Assembly: GCA_963665235.2 (NCBI GenBank)
Contig: CAXXLX010000002.1
Coordinates: 768,001 to 832,000, forward strand
Source: Candidatus Poribacteria bacterium
Lineage (GTDB): Bacteria > Poribacteria > WGA-4E > WGA-3G
Reading direction: 5' to 3'
DNA: 64,000 nt
Shown: positions 19,843-29,268 of the stretch, piece by piece
Position numbering within the stretch: position 1 is the stretch's first letter
Layout of the letters: each line of letters starts with the position of its first letter
Translations under genes and position numbers: made by a program
The notes under the pieces: generated by a model
Databases searched by the model: none
Told to the model about the DNA's origin: nothing
Seen by the model: the letters and a program-made list of their open reading frames with translations, nothing else

Positions 19843-20472
19843 ATGAAAGACATCGGAATTCTTCACGTTATCACAGATACAACGTTTCAGTCTCGGTTTA
19901 CGCACACCGAATTAGCAGAGCTGGCAATCCAAGGCGGCGCGGATACAGTTCAATTGCGGGATAAACAGAGGACTACGCGTGAATTGGTAGAAATCGCACA
20001 AGGGATGCAGGCAATATGTGAAAGGCATGAGGTGCCCCTGATTGTGAACGATAGAGCCGATATCGCGCTGGCTGTTGGAGCAGCGGGGGCGCACTTTGGA
20101 CAGGAAGATATGCCCATCACAATAGGAAGACGCATCCTCTCCACAAAGGCTATCCTTGGGGCATCTGCTCGAACTGAAGAGAAAATACTCGTTGCAATTT
20201 CAGAGGGCGCAGATTACATCGGGTTTGGCCCCATCTATCGGACCGGATCAAAATCGGATGCAGAAACACCTAAGGGGTTGGCACGTCTCCGCCGAATTTG
20301 TGAAATTGCAACGTGCCCAGTTATCGCAATCGGGGGGATAACCCTGGAAACTGCAGCGGAGGTTATACGGACAGGGGCACACGGCATCGCTGTCATCTCT
20401 GCTGTGTGCGCGCAACCGGACCCGCGTATAGCAACGCAAGAACTGGTCCGAGAAATTCGCAACGCGAAATAA
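19843..20472 (+). CDS. thiE: Thiamine-phosphate synthase
   Basis: VQLRDK, LIVNDR.D, H.GQED, DYIGFGPIY.T.SK, AIGGI. Confidence 0.93.
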   Translation: MKDIGILHVITDTTFQSRFTHTELAELAIQGGADTVQLRDKQRTTRELVEIAQGMQAICERHEVPLIVNDRADIALAVGAAGAHFGQEDMPITIGRRILSTKAILGASARTEEKILVAISEGADYIGFGPIYRTGSKSDAETPKGLARLRRICEIATCPVIAIGGITLETAAEVIRTGAHGIAVISAVCAQPDPRIATQELVREIRNAK

Positions 20473-20503
20473 ACTAAAATCAAGGGAATTGGAGAATAAT
20501 AAA

Positions 20504-21994
20504 ATGAGTGAGCACAGGCAGGTTGATGTAACCGATGCTCCTGAACATGCATCTTTTTTGAAAAAACTCCGGGAGGTCGACCAGGTTTTTGAACCCGATT
20601 TCAGTAAGATTCAGGAAGATTTCGTGCAGAAATTATGGGACACCCAACGTTATTTCAACGCAAACCTAACCTCCATTGATGGCCAAGAGATTCGCGTGCT
20701 AAAACCGGGTGTATGGAACCACGAAGAGGGCCCCGATTTTATGCACGCTGAAATTGAGATTAATGGCAAGCTGCTGGTCGGTGACGTTGAAATTCACGTC
20801 AAATCTTCCGAATGGTACATGCATAAACATCATCTCAATTCTCGGTATAATCGCGTTATTCTCCACACAGTGTTCTTTGACGATGAACTCAACTTACGGG
20901 CCCGGCTCCAAAACGGGAGACGGATACCTACGTTGGAACTTCTCAAATGGATTGATATGCCTATCGGCGACCTGTTTGACGAGACCATGGAAACAGAAGC
21001 AGATACGACCGAGTATTGTCGGGTTACAGGAAACCGTTTAGATATGGAACCCCTTCGGGGGGTGTTTGAGTCGTTAGGTCGTCAAAGGTTTTTAGAAAAA
21101 GCGGATGCAACGCGCTTGTTAAGAACACGGCTGAATTTTGAGCAAATTCTCTATGAGGGGATAATGGAGGCGTTAGGTTATAAAAGCAACAGCACACCGT
21201 TGCGCGAATTGGCACAGCGGGTGCCTTTTTCGGATTTCGATGATAGGTCCGAGCCGGAGATTCAAGCCATCCTCTTCGGGGTTGCCGGGCTGCTGCCATC
21301 GCAGCGGGACAAACCGCTGTCAGCCGAAGAAGCAGCTGAGCCGTTTCTTGTCACGCTAGAGAAACTGTGGGATACTTCCGAGCACGCAACCCGCCAAAAT
21401 CAGATGAACACAGAACGATGGCGGTTCGGCAGTGTTCGTCCTTTTAACTACCCATCTCGGCGAATTGCTGCAATGAGCCAGCTAATCGATCGCTGCAACG
21501 GCAGTTTAATGATGCATTTTCTGCCTACATGTGAAAAGGCAGCCGCTGCAAATACGCCAAAACTGTTGAGAAATATCCGGAAAGAACTGCTCGAACTACT
21601 CACGCTTGAACCTACTGACTATTGGTCAACCCGTTACGACCTCGGGAAAAAGAGTAACCGCAAAGCTGCTTTCATTGGCGCGAGTCGAGCCGTGGACATC
21701 ATCATCAACAAAATTCTGCCAGCTGCATATATTTGGGCAGTTGAAGCGGAAAGCAAGGAATTGCAGGAAGCTATCCTACAACTTTATAGCGCATATCCTG
21801 AATCGCAAGAAAACCAGTATATCCGCCAGATTAAAAAACAGCTCTTCACGGAGACACAACCGATGAAACTGCTCCCCCGAACTGCCAAAATTCAGCAGGG
21901 AGCTATCCGACTTTATAGGAATTATTGCGCCGACAGACTCTGTGACTTGTGCCCTATCCTAGAGCACAACGCTGTTGTCCTAGAGGCGGATTGA
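20504..21994 (+). CDS. DUF2851 family protein
   Basis: PG.WN..EGPDF, GDVEIH...SEW..H.H....YN.VILH, RP.N.P..R, C...C..C tail. Confidence 0.85.
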   Translation: MSEHRQVDVTDAPEHASFLKKLREVDQVFEPDFSKIQEDFVQKLWDTQRYFNANLTSIDGQEIRVLKPGVWNHEEGPDFMHAEIEINGKLLVGDVEIHVKSSEWYMHKHHLNSRYNRVILHTVFFDDELNLRARLQNGRRIPTLELLKWIDMPIGDLFDETMETEADTTEYCRVTGNRLDMEPLRGVFESLGRQRFLEKADATRLLRTRLNFEQILYEGIMEALGYKSNSTPLRELAQRVPFSDFDDRSEPEIQAILFGVAGLLPSQRDKPLSAEEAAEPFLVTLEKLWDTSEHATRQNQMNTERWRFGSVRPFNYPSRRIAAMSQLIDRCNGSLMMHFLPTCEKAAAANTPKLLRNIRKELLELLTLEPTDYWSTRYDLGKKSNRKAAFIGASRAVDIIINKILPAAYIWAVEAESKELQEAILQLYSAYPESQENQYIRQIKKQLFTETQPMKLLPRTAKIQQGAIRLYRNYCADRLCDLCPILEHNAVVLEAD

Positions 21995-22169
21995 AAATAG
22001 ACTGCTGTTGTGTAATTCACGCGGCACTTCGTAATGTCAAACGAAAACGACTGCTACGGTTTGTTATTAGATGTAGTGAACGTTACAAATTGCTTTTGGT
22101 ACAAATAGTCCGGGAGCATGCAAAACGCGGGCTCCCACAATTTATCAACACAAAATAGGAGAACTTTTC

Positions 22170-22889
22170 ATGAAAACAGTGTGTATTTTAACAATGATGC
22201 TGCTTTGTCTCTCTGTGGCCACAGCGAAGGAGACCTTCTTTTCGGCATTGGAGAGTAAAGCGGAAGTGGAAAGAGAGGGCGGCACCGTTGATGGCGGTAG
22301 CTTCGTCCCCGGTAAATTCGGTAACGGTTTTGTCAGTGAGAAAGTAGGAGACGTTATTCACTTTCCCGTGGAAGACCGATTCGTCAATCTGAAGGAGGGC
22401 ACCGTTGAATTATGGGTGACCATGGGACTTGACGCTGTAGAAATCACCGGCGAACTTTTCATGTTTATGACTTATAAACGTGGGAGCGATGCAATTTTTC
22501 TGCAATTTAACAACGGCGGAAAAGCACAAATGCGGGTTAAAAGTGCCGGGGCCTGGCTCGATGCCAACAGTGAACCGCTTACATGGGAAAAAGGTGAACA
22601 TCACCACATGGCGGGAACATGGGGACCGGATGGACTTAAACTCTACCTAGATGGTAAACTTGCAGGGGAAAACGCGTCTACAAAAGGGCCGACCATTTTT
22701 GCAGCAACCTTTGAAATTAACAACGCTTCACCCCCCGACCCCAAATTTCCAACGAATTGCGTCGTTGATGGGCTCCGTATTTCTGACCATCAGAAAGAGG
22801 CTAATGAATTGGTACTTGACGACCCTGCCCCTGTCGAACCGCTTGGAAAATTGACTACGACTTGGGGACAATTGAAAGCCGCTAGATAA
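22170..22889 (+). CDS. Secreted LamG/concanavalin-like domain protein with TWG-K tail
   Basis: Signal peptide, GKFGNG, GT.E.W, LYLDG, C-terminal VEPLGKLTTTWGQLK. Confidence 0.85.
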   Translation: MKTVCILTMMLLCLSVATAKETFFSALESKAEVEREGGTVDGGSFVPGKFGNGFVSEKVGDVIHFPVEDRFVNLKEGTVELWVTMGLDAVEITGELFMFMTYKRGSDAIFLQFNNGGKAQMRVKSAGAWLDANSEPLTWEKGEHHHMAGTWGPDGLKLYLDGKLAGENASTKGPTIFAATFEINNASPPDPKFPTNCVVDGLRISDHQKEANELVLDDPAPVEPLGKLTTTWGQLKAAR

Positions 22890-22894
22890 AAGAT

Positions 22895-23030
22895 TGATTG
22901 GCGATTGGCTTCATTGGAAACCATTGGAAACCTATAGCAAGAGGAAGAGGACTCTGACGCGCATCAGAAACCTGCTTAGAATCACAACATCTTGCCAATT
23001 GCCAATCGCCAATCGCTAATTGCCAATTGC
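22895..23030. repeat. Second (inverted) copy of the heptamer-flanked repeat
   Basis: tcagaaacctgct..aatcacaacatcttgccaattgccaatcgcca is the reverse complement of 18900-18950. Confidence 0.75.
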
Positions 23031-23056
23031 TCCACAAACAGAGCGGAGGACTAGAA

Positions 23057-24124
23057 ATGTATAAAACAGAAAACCCGCTTTTCACAGCGGGGACAGAAGG
23101 ATATAACACGTTTCGTATTCCTGCACTCGTCGCCTCTAATGAAGGAACACTCCTAGCGTTCTGCGAAGGCAGACGAAAAGGCGGCGGAGATTCGGGCGAC
23201 ATAGATATTGTACTGAAACGCAGTTTTGACAACGGCACGACATGGCAACCGATACAGGTCGCTGTCTCCACCGGCACAGATACAGATGGCAATCCCGCAC
23301 CAGTGGTTGACCGTGATACCGGCACTATCTGGCTGCCTTTCTGTAAAAACTTCTCTGATGGCGGAGAAGGAAAAATTATCGCGGGTGAAGCACCACGAAC
23401 CGTCTGGGTAACCTCCAGCACCGACGACGGGGAAACATGGACTGAACCGAAAGAGATTACCGCCGATACAAAGTTGGACACATGGACATGGTACGCAACA
23501 GGACCATGCCACGGTATCCAATTGGCAAGCGGCAGATTGGTGATTCCGTGTGACCATGTGCTTGGGAACAGTCGAAACTATGCTGAACACGGCTACTCAC
23601 ATCTTATTGTCAGTGATGACCACGGTGAAACGTGGCGTATCGCGGGTAAAGCACAACCCGGCACAAATGAGTCTGTTGTCGTTGAGACCGTCGATGGCGA
23701 CCTCTATTTTAACTGCCGAAACTACGTCGCACCGAAACGACGCGCATACGCTTGGAGCTCCGATGGCGGCGATACGTTTACCGAATTCGGTTACGACGAT
23801 AATTTAATTGAACCCATCTGTCAAGCCAGCATGGTGCGCTACACGGATGCCAATTCGCACGACAAAAACCGGGTGCTGTTCTCTAATCCAGCAAGCATGG
23901 GCAGGGAAAAGATGACAATCCGTATCAGTTACGATGAATGTCGTTCCTGGAACGGTGGCAAAGTCTTGCATGCAGGCCCCGCTGCTTACTCTGACCTCTG
24001 TATCGATTCAGACATGAATATATGTTGTCTCTATGAACGGGGGGAACGTGGAGCTTATGAGACGTTGTCGTTCGCAAAGTTCGATTTGGCATGGTTGACT
24101 GATGGAGCGGATACATTGGCGTGA
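23057..24124 (+). CDS. Sialidase (GH33)
   Basis: FRIP motif, Asp-boxes (SFDNGTTW, STDDGETW, SDDHGETW, SSDGGDTF), AYS. Confidence 0.93.
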   Translation: MYKTENPLFTAGTEGYNTFRIPALVASNEGTLLAFCEGRRKGGGDSGDIDIVLKRSFDNGTTWQPIQVAVSTGTDTDGNPAPVVDRDTGTIWLPFCKNFSDGGEGKIIAGEAPRTVWVTSSTDDGETWTEPKEITADTKLDTWTWYATGPCHGIQLASGRLVIPCDHVLGNSRNYAEHGYSHLIVSDDHGETWRIAGKAQPGTNESVVVETVDGDLYFNCRNYVAPKRRAYAWSSDGGDTFTEFGYDDNLIEPICQASMVRYTDANSHDKNRVLFSNPASMGREKMTIRISYDECRSWNGGKVLHAGPAAYSDLCIDSDMNICCLYERGERGAYETLSFAKFDLAWLTDGADTLA

Positions 24125-24267
24125 TGCAAGCTTGATTTAGGAGGGGAAGACTGGAAGTGTGGAAGCGGAAACCTCTCAATCTTCCATACTTTCAATTTCC
24201 CCCTTGTGAACTCGCCGATTTTTTATCAAACTTTACGCTGGCACGCTGGCAAATGAAGGACATTCAG

Positions 24268-24504
24268 ATGAAAGAAAAACCTGAAAAACACCCAGAATTC
24301 GACCCCGAAACTTATACTGACCCTATTCTCGAAGAATGCTATCGAATCAAAGCAGAGATTAGTGCGCAATTCAAGAACCCCGGCGAATACTTTGCGTATT
24401 TGAAAACAAAACAGGAAGAGGACAAACGGAATGGAATAAAATACGTCTCGTATTTTGATCCGTCCAAACACACACCGCCAAAAAAATCTGACGAGGATGA
24501 CTAA
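24268..24504 (+). CDS. Small hypothetical protein, tandem copy 1
   Basis: DPILEECYRIKAE core; near-identical termini with copy 2. Confidence 0.75.
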   Translation: MKEKPEKHPEFDPETYTDPILEECYRIKAEISAQFKNPGEYFAYLKTKQEEDKRNGIKYVSYFDPSKHTPPKKSDEDD

Positions 24505-24546
24505 CCAGAAGCGGGAATCCTGGTAGAACTGATGGAGGTCATTCAG

Positions 24547-24780
24547 ATGAAAGAAACGCCTGAAAAACACCCAGAATTCGACCCCGAAACTTATACTGAC
24601 CCCATTCTCGAAGAATGCTATCGTATCAAAGCAGAACTGAATGCTAAATTCAAAACTCTGGAGGAATTATTTGCGTACATAAGAGCCGGAGAAGAAGAGG
24701 ACAAACGGAACGGAATCAAATACACCCCGTACGATCCGTCCAGACATAAACCGCCAAAAAAATCTGATGAGGATGACTAA
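24547..24780 (+). CDS. Small hypothetical protein, tandem copy 2
   Basis: GGAGG RBS; 279-bp period duplicate of 24268-24504. Confidence 0.75.
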   Translation: MKETPEKHPEFDPETYTDPILEECYRIKAELNAKFKTLEELFAYIRAGEEEDKRNGIKYTPYDPSRHKPPKKSDEDD

Positions 24781-24836
24781 CCAAGTCTCTAAAGGCACAT
24801 CCGCATCTGTAGGTTGCCCCAGCCTTTAATGTCCAC
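24781..24836 (-). repeat. Diverged duplicate of the phyH 3' coding end
   Basis: 24797-24836 matches 25351-25391 except for a 1-nt deletion, then continues as VPLETW versus VPLKTW. Confidence 0.8.
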
Positions 24837-24838
24837 GA

Positions 24839-25234
24839 TTAGGAAAAGAAAAATGACTTGATGAATGCCAAAATCGCTATAGCAATAGAGCCAATAATAC
24901 CGCCGATTTGCCACCGTTCGTTGGTATCCACGTTATGCTCGCCTATGTTGGGGATAACCCCGTCGATTTTAGCCTCCACCCGTCGTAAATCCGTTTTTAC
25001 TTCGGTTTCCACTCGCTGTAAATCTATTGTTAACTTGGATTCTATGCGTTCTAAACTTGCAGCCAGTTTCATATCCGCAGTTTCCGATCGGCGGCGATCA
25101 TCGGCTTGTTGTAATTTCACATCGGTTATATCTTGCTGTAAGCCGCCTACATTTTTCCGTAGGTCTTTTACATCTTCTGCAAGTTCAGATAACTTTTGTA
25201 GAATCAATTCATCTCTATCCATTTTGATGTTCAT
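24839..25234 (-). CDS. Coiled-coil protein with C-terminal TM anchor
   Basis: Heptad-like DL.RVE repeats; hydrophobic C-terminus. Confidence 0.7.
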   Translation of the reverse strand: MNIKMDRDELILQKLSELAEDVKDLRKNVGGLQQDITDVKLQQADDRRRSETADMKLAASLERIESKLTIDLQRVETEVKTDLRRVEAKIDGVIPNIGEHNVDTNERWQIGGIIGSIAIAILAFIKSFFFS

Positions 25235-26097
25235 CCATTTTAATTATCCAATTTAAAATTCAAGGAAAAAACGCCACAGGTGAGAAATCCCAAAAGCCTC
25301 TACCGCAAATATTCTCCCCACGATGCTCAGCAATCCATGTCTTCAGCGGGACATCCGCATCTGTAGGTTGCCACCAGCCTTTAATGTCCACACCATCGCC
25401 TAACAACTGTCGTCGAATCGGGCCGCATTTCTCAAGAATCTCTGGTGGCATGAGGTTGTAATCCAAACCACGCAACCACCGATAACTGTATCCCATAAAC
25501 AAAACTTTTCGCGTCACATCGGAGAAATTCCAGCCGCGTGAATGCCACATCCGCCGATCGAAAAGTACAGCGGTACCACGCTTGACGAGCAAATCCATCG
25601 CACCATCAGGGTCGCCATCAGGCTCACTTGGCGGCGGTAAAGTGTCAAGTTTATGACTTCCCGGAATAAGACGCATTGCTCCGTTATCACGATGCGTAAC
25701 GTCGGTTAACCAATAGCTGACTTTAAGCGAAAGGCGCGGATGTGGACGTTCCATCTCCGGTATAGGTCTACCGCCATCCTGATGCCAATGCGCCGCTTTC
25801 CTGACACACAGTCTATCGGGGGGTTCCGGCGGATACATGATGAGATGCAAGATGTAAAGCTGGATGTTCCACCCCAAAATATCCCAGAGCAGCGGAAAAA
25901 CCTTCCTGTTATCGAGCAGTTCCAGCAGTAGGTCATCTTCAATGACGGTGCGGAATTTGGATAACAACTTATGTGGTGCCAGCCCGGTTTCGGCGCGTTC
26001 CGCCGCATCAACCCTGTCGGCGACCTCTTCTAATGCGTCTACCATCTCTTGACTAATTGCGTCGTGATACTCACAACGCCTAAAGGCGTGTGCTTCT

Positions 26098-27378
26098 TTA
26101 CCGCCTCTTGGACGGTTTACTTGATATGAGTCCCGAAAACGGTGACCACGAATCAAGTCTACATAGGTTCGGATTATACCTGATACCTACGGGGGATACC
26201 ACCACCCCGACTACAGGGTTAAAAAGGTAACCCTGATACGCTGTGAGAATATTACTCGCACCCACTACATCTCTATGACCATGCCACCCGCATTTGGGGC
26301 ATTTATAGTTGCGTTTGACTGGTTTTTTGCGATTACCGCAACTTGGGCAGGTTTGAGAGGTATAGGCTTCGTTTTGGGTATCAACTTTGATACCAAGTGC
26401 TTTTGCTTTGTAGGTAATCATCTCTCTAAATTGAGAAAATGCCCACTGGTGTAACTTCTCATTGGCTTTTCTACCGTAGTTTATGGATTGTCGGATATGC
26501 TTAATATCACCAATAACAATCGTTTCTATCTTTCGCTTAAAGCAAGAAGAAACAAACCGTGATGTGATTTTGTGTCGCATGTCACGTAACTGCGACGCTA
26601 TTTTGAAAAGGAGTTTGTCTTTGGCGCGCTTGAGTTTTTTCCAACGCCGACTGCCTCGCTTGCATCTTGAGAGTTTACGGTTGAGACTCCCTTTGGACTT
26701 CTCGCGATACCGCACTTTACTGCGGTGTTCGCGTCCGTTGTAGATTTCGGCAGTGATACCGTCGAAAGCTGTGATTGGGTGTATTTCACCCATATCGACT
26801 GCAACGGCTGTCCCGTGTTTTATTTTTGGCTGTTTCGGTTGTGTTTGGTACGTTGCATGGAACTCATACGCTTTTGTTGTTTTGTTGTAGACAAGGGATA
26901 CTTCGGTTGGCACAATCTTATGGAATTTCTTGTCAACCTTGATATAAACAGCTTCGCGTCCTTGACCCATAGACAATCGGAGTCTGCCAAGTTTATAGGT
27001 GATACCCGTCGCACGCCAGGTGAAAGTGTGGAATTTATATGTCCGTTTGGGCGGCTTTGCCTTGGGATTAGATTTTTTATTGCAAAAGAAAGAACGCCTT
27101 GCACCGCAATAGTCGTCTATAACTGCCTGAACAGAATGCGCATGGCAGGGATACCGCTTAAACTTAAGATATTTCTTGAGGCCAGCATCGGACAACCAAA
27201 AACCCTTTTTGTTGTATGTTCTAAACGCAAGTGATACCGTTTTGGAATAGATTCGTCCACCGAGACGATTTATCGCGTCTAATTCCGATGTCGGTTTTGC
27301 TGTCGCTATAATGTAGGTTCGAAACGTTTTGGTATCCTTTTTAGACATGCTTTTGGTCCTCAATATACCTTTTGACAA
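26098..27378 (-). CDS. tnpB: TnpB RNA-guided nuclease (rearranged RuvC-II type)
   Basis: VAVDMG, IVIGD, NEAYTSQTCPSC...CPKC, HRDVVGASNI. Confidence 0.92.
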   Translation of the reverse strand: MSKGILRTKSMSKKDTKTFRTYIIATAKPTSELDAINRLGGRIYSKTVSLAFRTYNKKGFWLSDAGLKKYLKFKRYPCHAHSVQAVIDDYCGARRSFFCNKKSNPKAKPPKRTYKFHTFTWRATGITYKLGRLRLSMGQGREAVYIKVDKKFHKIVPTEVSLVYNKTTKAYEFHATYQTQPKQPKIKHGTAVAVDMGEIHPITAFDGITAEIYNGREHRSKVRYREKSKGSLNRKLSRCKRGSRRWKKLKRAKDKLLFKIASQLRDMRHKITSRFVSSCFKRKIETIVIGDIKHIRQSINYGRKANEKLHQWAFSQFREMITYKAKALGIKVDTQNEAYTSQTCPSCGNRKKPVKRNYKCPKCGWHGHRDVVGASNILTAYQGYLFNPVVGVVVSPVGIRYNPNLCRLDSWSPFSGLISSKPSKRR

Positions 27379-27754
27379 CTTCTAAGGAGGGGCTACCCAC
27401 AGATGATATGAATTTAGAACGCGTCCACAAATAAGGTAAGCGAGATTTTAGGCATGCGAATTCCTCACGGAGCACACTAGAGGTAAAACCTTTTATCAGC
27501 CCAACCTTCCGTGTAAATGGCACTTTGGGGTTGTTTTCTATTATCATAAGCACAGGGTCTTGCATAACCTCACTGGCACACACCTTAAAATCTGACTCGG
27601 TTTGTTTACAACAGATTAGCGGGTGCAAGCGTTTTTGTATCCGTTCGGTTAAAACCTGGCACCGATACTTCGGACACCAGAGGACAGGATACTGAAAACT
27701 GTAAACAAGGTTTGTCTCGGAGGACCAATGCTTTTCTCCATTCTTAATAAACAT
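27341..27754 (-). CDS. tnpA: Y1 (HUH) transposase TnpA, probably inactive
   Basis: WCPKYR, KGFTS..LR.EF, LW..S.F.SSVG, YIEDQ; HUH motif reads DPVL. Confidence 0.85.
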   Translation of the reverse strand: MFIKNGEKHWSSETNLVYSFQYPVLWCPKYRCQVLTERIQKRLHPLICCKQTESDFKVCASEVMQDPVLMIIENNPKVPFTRKVGLIKGFTSSVLREEFACLKSRLPYLWTRSKFISSVGSPSLEVVKRYIEDQKHV

Positions 27755-27993
27755 TATACTATATCCCTTATCTGGTAGGTTCTATAATAGAGTATAACAC
27801 ATTTCCCATAAAAAGTCAAACGATTTGATTACAGAGGCACGAGAGACGCGGGTTGGACCCAAGTCTAAAGACTTGGGATTGTTAAGGGAGTCCCTTCAAC
27901 GATGAGATAGCCGGTATCGTTGAAGGCTTTGAGCTGTTCTTCCGTAGCGCAGTATTCAAGCCAACTGGCATCCATGGTTATGCCCTCCGACGG

Positions 27994-29212
27994 TTAACTC
28001 TGTTCTTCCACACGTTCAATAATTTCACCAGTCTCACGGTCTCTGAAGATCCGTTTCATTCTGCCATCGGGCATCCGTTCATCTTTGAGATGTGCATAAC
28101 GTTCATCAGCATCCGATTGCACGGGGTGGGCATCGGCAGTGTCCGCTGTCCCCCGCCAGTCCGCCAGTTCAACCGTTTCCCACTGTTTCGATTTTGCGGA
28201 TTTATAGCAGGCATCAATAATAGCGTTCACGACATAACCGTCGTAGAAGGTCTCTAACGGCTCTCGTTCCTCGTCCAGTGCGTTGAACATATCGAGAAAC
28301 ATATCTCGATAGCCGAGTTCAGCAACTTCATCACCGACGGGGAAAGAGCCAGCCGGTGTCGCCCTCCGCCTTTTCAGCGACATAACCGCCCTGGCCGACA
28401 GCTGTAAACATCTCGTAGCCTGTGCGAAGCCAGTGATTGAGCCAGATGGTGCCCTCACTGCCAGAGACTTCGTCGCGCAGGTCCATACCGCCTCGGAATG
28501 CCCAGCTTACTTCGAACTGTCCCATCGCGCCGCTTTCAAATCGGATGAGCGCGATACCGTGGTCCTCTGCGTCAATGGGATGCACAAGCGTATCCGCCCA
28601 GCACATAACCTCAAGCGGTTTGTTGTTCTTCCCAACGAAGTTTCGGATAATCTCGATGCAGTGGCACCCCATGTCGACGATAGCCCCGCCGCCTGCTTGT
28701 TCCAAATCCCAAAACCAATCGCTGTGAGGCCCGGGGTGTGTCTCACGCGAGCGTACCCATAAAATTTTACCGAGCGCGCCGTTTTGGACCGATTCTAATG
28801 CTTTGAGGGTTTTGGGCGGATAGACCAAATCTTCGAGGTAACCGCCAAATACGCCCGCGTTTTCAACGATATCCAACATCTTTTTCGCTTCGTCCGCTGT
28901 GCGTCCGAGCGGTTTGGTACAGAGAATCGCTTTCCCCGCTTCCGCTGCAAGTTCAACCGCTTTCAGATGCAAGTTGTTGGGCAATCCGATGACGACGACA
29001 TCTGTTTCAGGATGATTGATGGCTTCAGCCAAATCGGTTGTTGCGTTGGGAATGCTCCACTCTTCAGCAAAGGCGTTAGCGCGTTCTTCACGGCGGGAGT
29101 AAGCGACGTGCACGCGGTCCACACCCCGCTGATTGTGGAGTGTCATCGTGTAAAACATGCCGATGAGCCCCGTACCGAGCATTGTAACCTTATGGTTTTT
29201 CTGTTCTGACAT
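27994..29212 (-). pseudogene. Gfo/Idh/MocA oxidoreductase, +1 frameshift near 28340 (or sequencing error)
   Basis: [23 protein letters not shown]; GWLFP|VGDE junction at tttcccc. Confidence 0.8.
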
Positions 29213-29268
29213 TTTTTCTCCTTAATTGTTAGCGTGCTGTAGTGAATTCTGCGACAGGGAGGTGTCTG

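Larger units (their letters stand above)
26064..27894 (-). mobile_element. IS200/IS605-family element (tnpA+tnpB), inserted 3' of TTGAA
   Basis: Left hairpin cccaagtctttagacttggg, right hairpin cacgcctttaggcgttgtg ending TCAC; no target duplication. Confidence 0.92.
25260..27975 (-). pseudogene. Phytanoyl-CoA dioxygenase (PhyH) family gene interrupted by IS605-type element (parts 27895-27975 and 25260-26063)
   Basis: Joined sequence MDASWLEYCATEEQLKAFNDTGYLIVE|DAISQEMV... is in frame; WHQD, IPGSH, WHS motifs. Confidence 0.9.

Noticed and set aside
26064-26156. Predicted N-terminus (MIRGHRF...) of the 298-aa phyH ORF
   Set aside because: Derives from IS right-end sequence; the true N-terminus is at 27895-27975
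26064-27894. IStron (group I intron-IS chimera) in phyH
   Set aside because: Only about 140 nt lie between the left end and tnpA, occupied by hairpin and promoter; no room for a group I core
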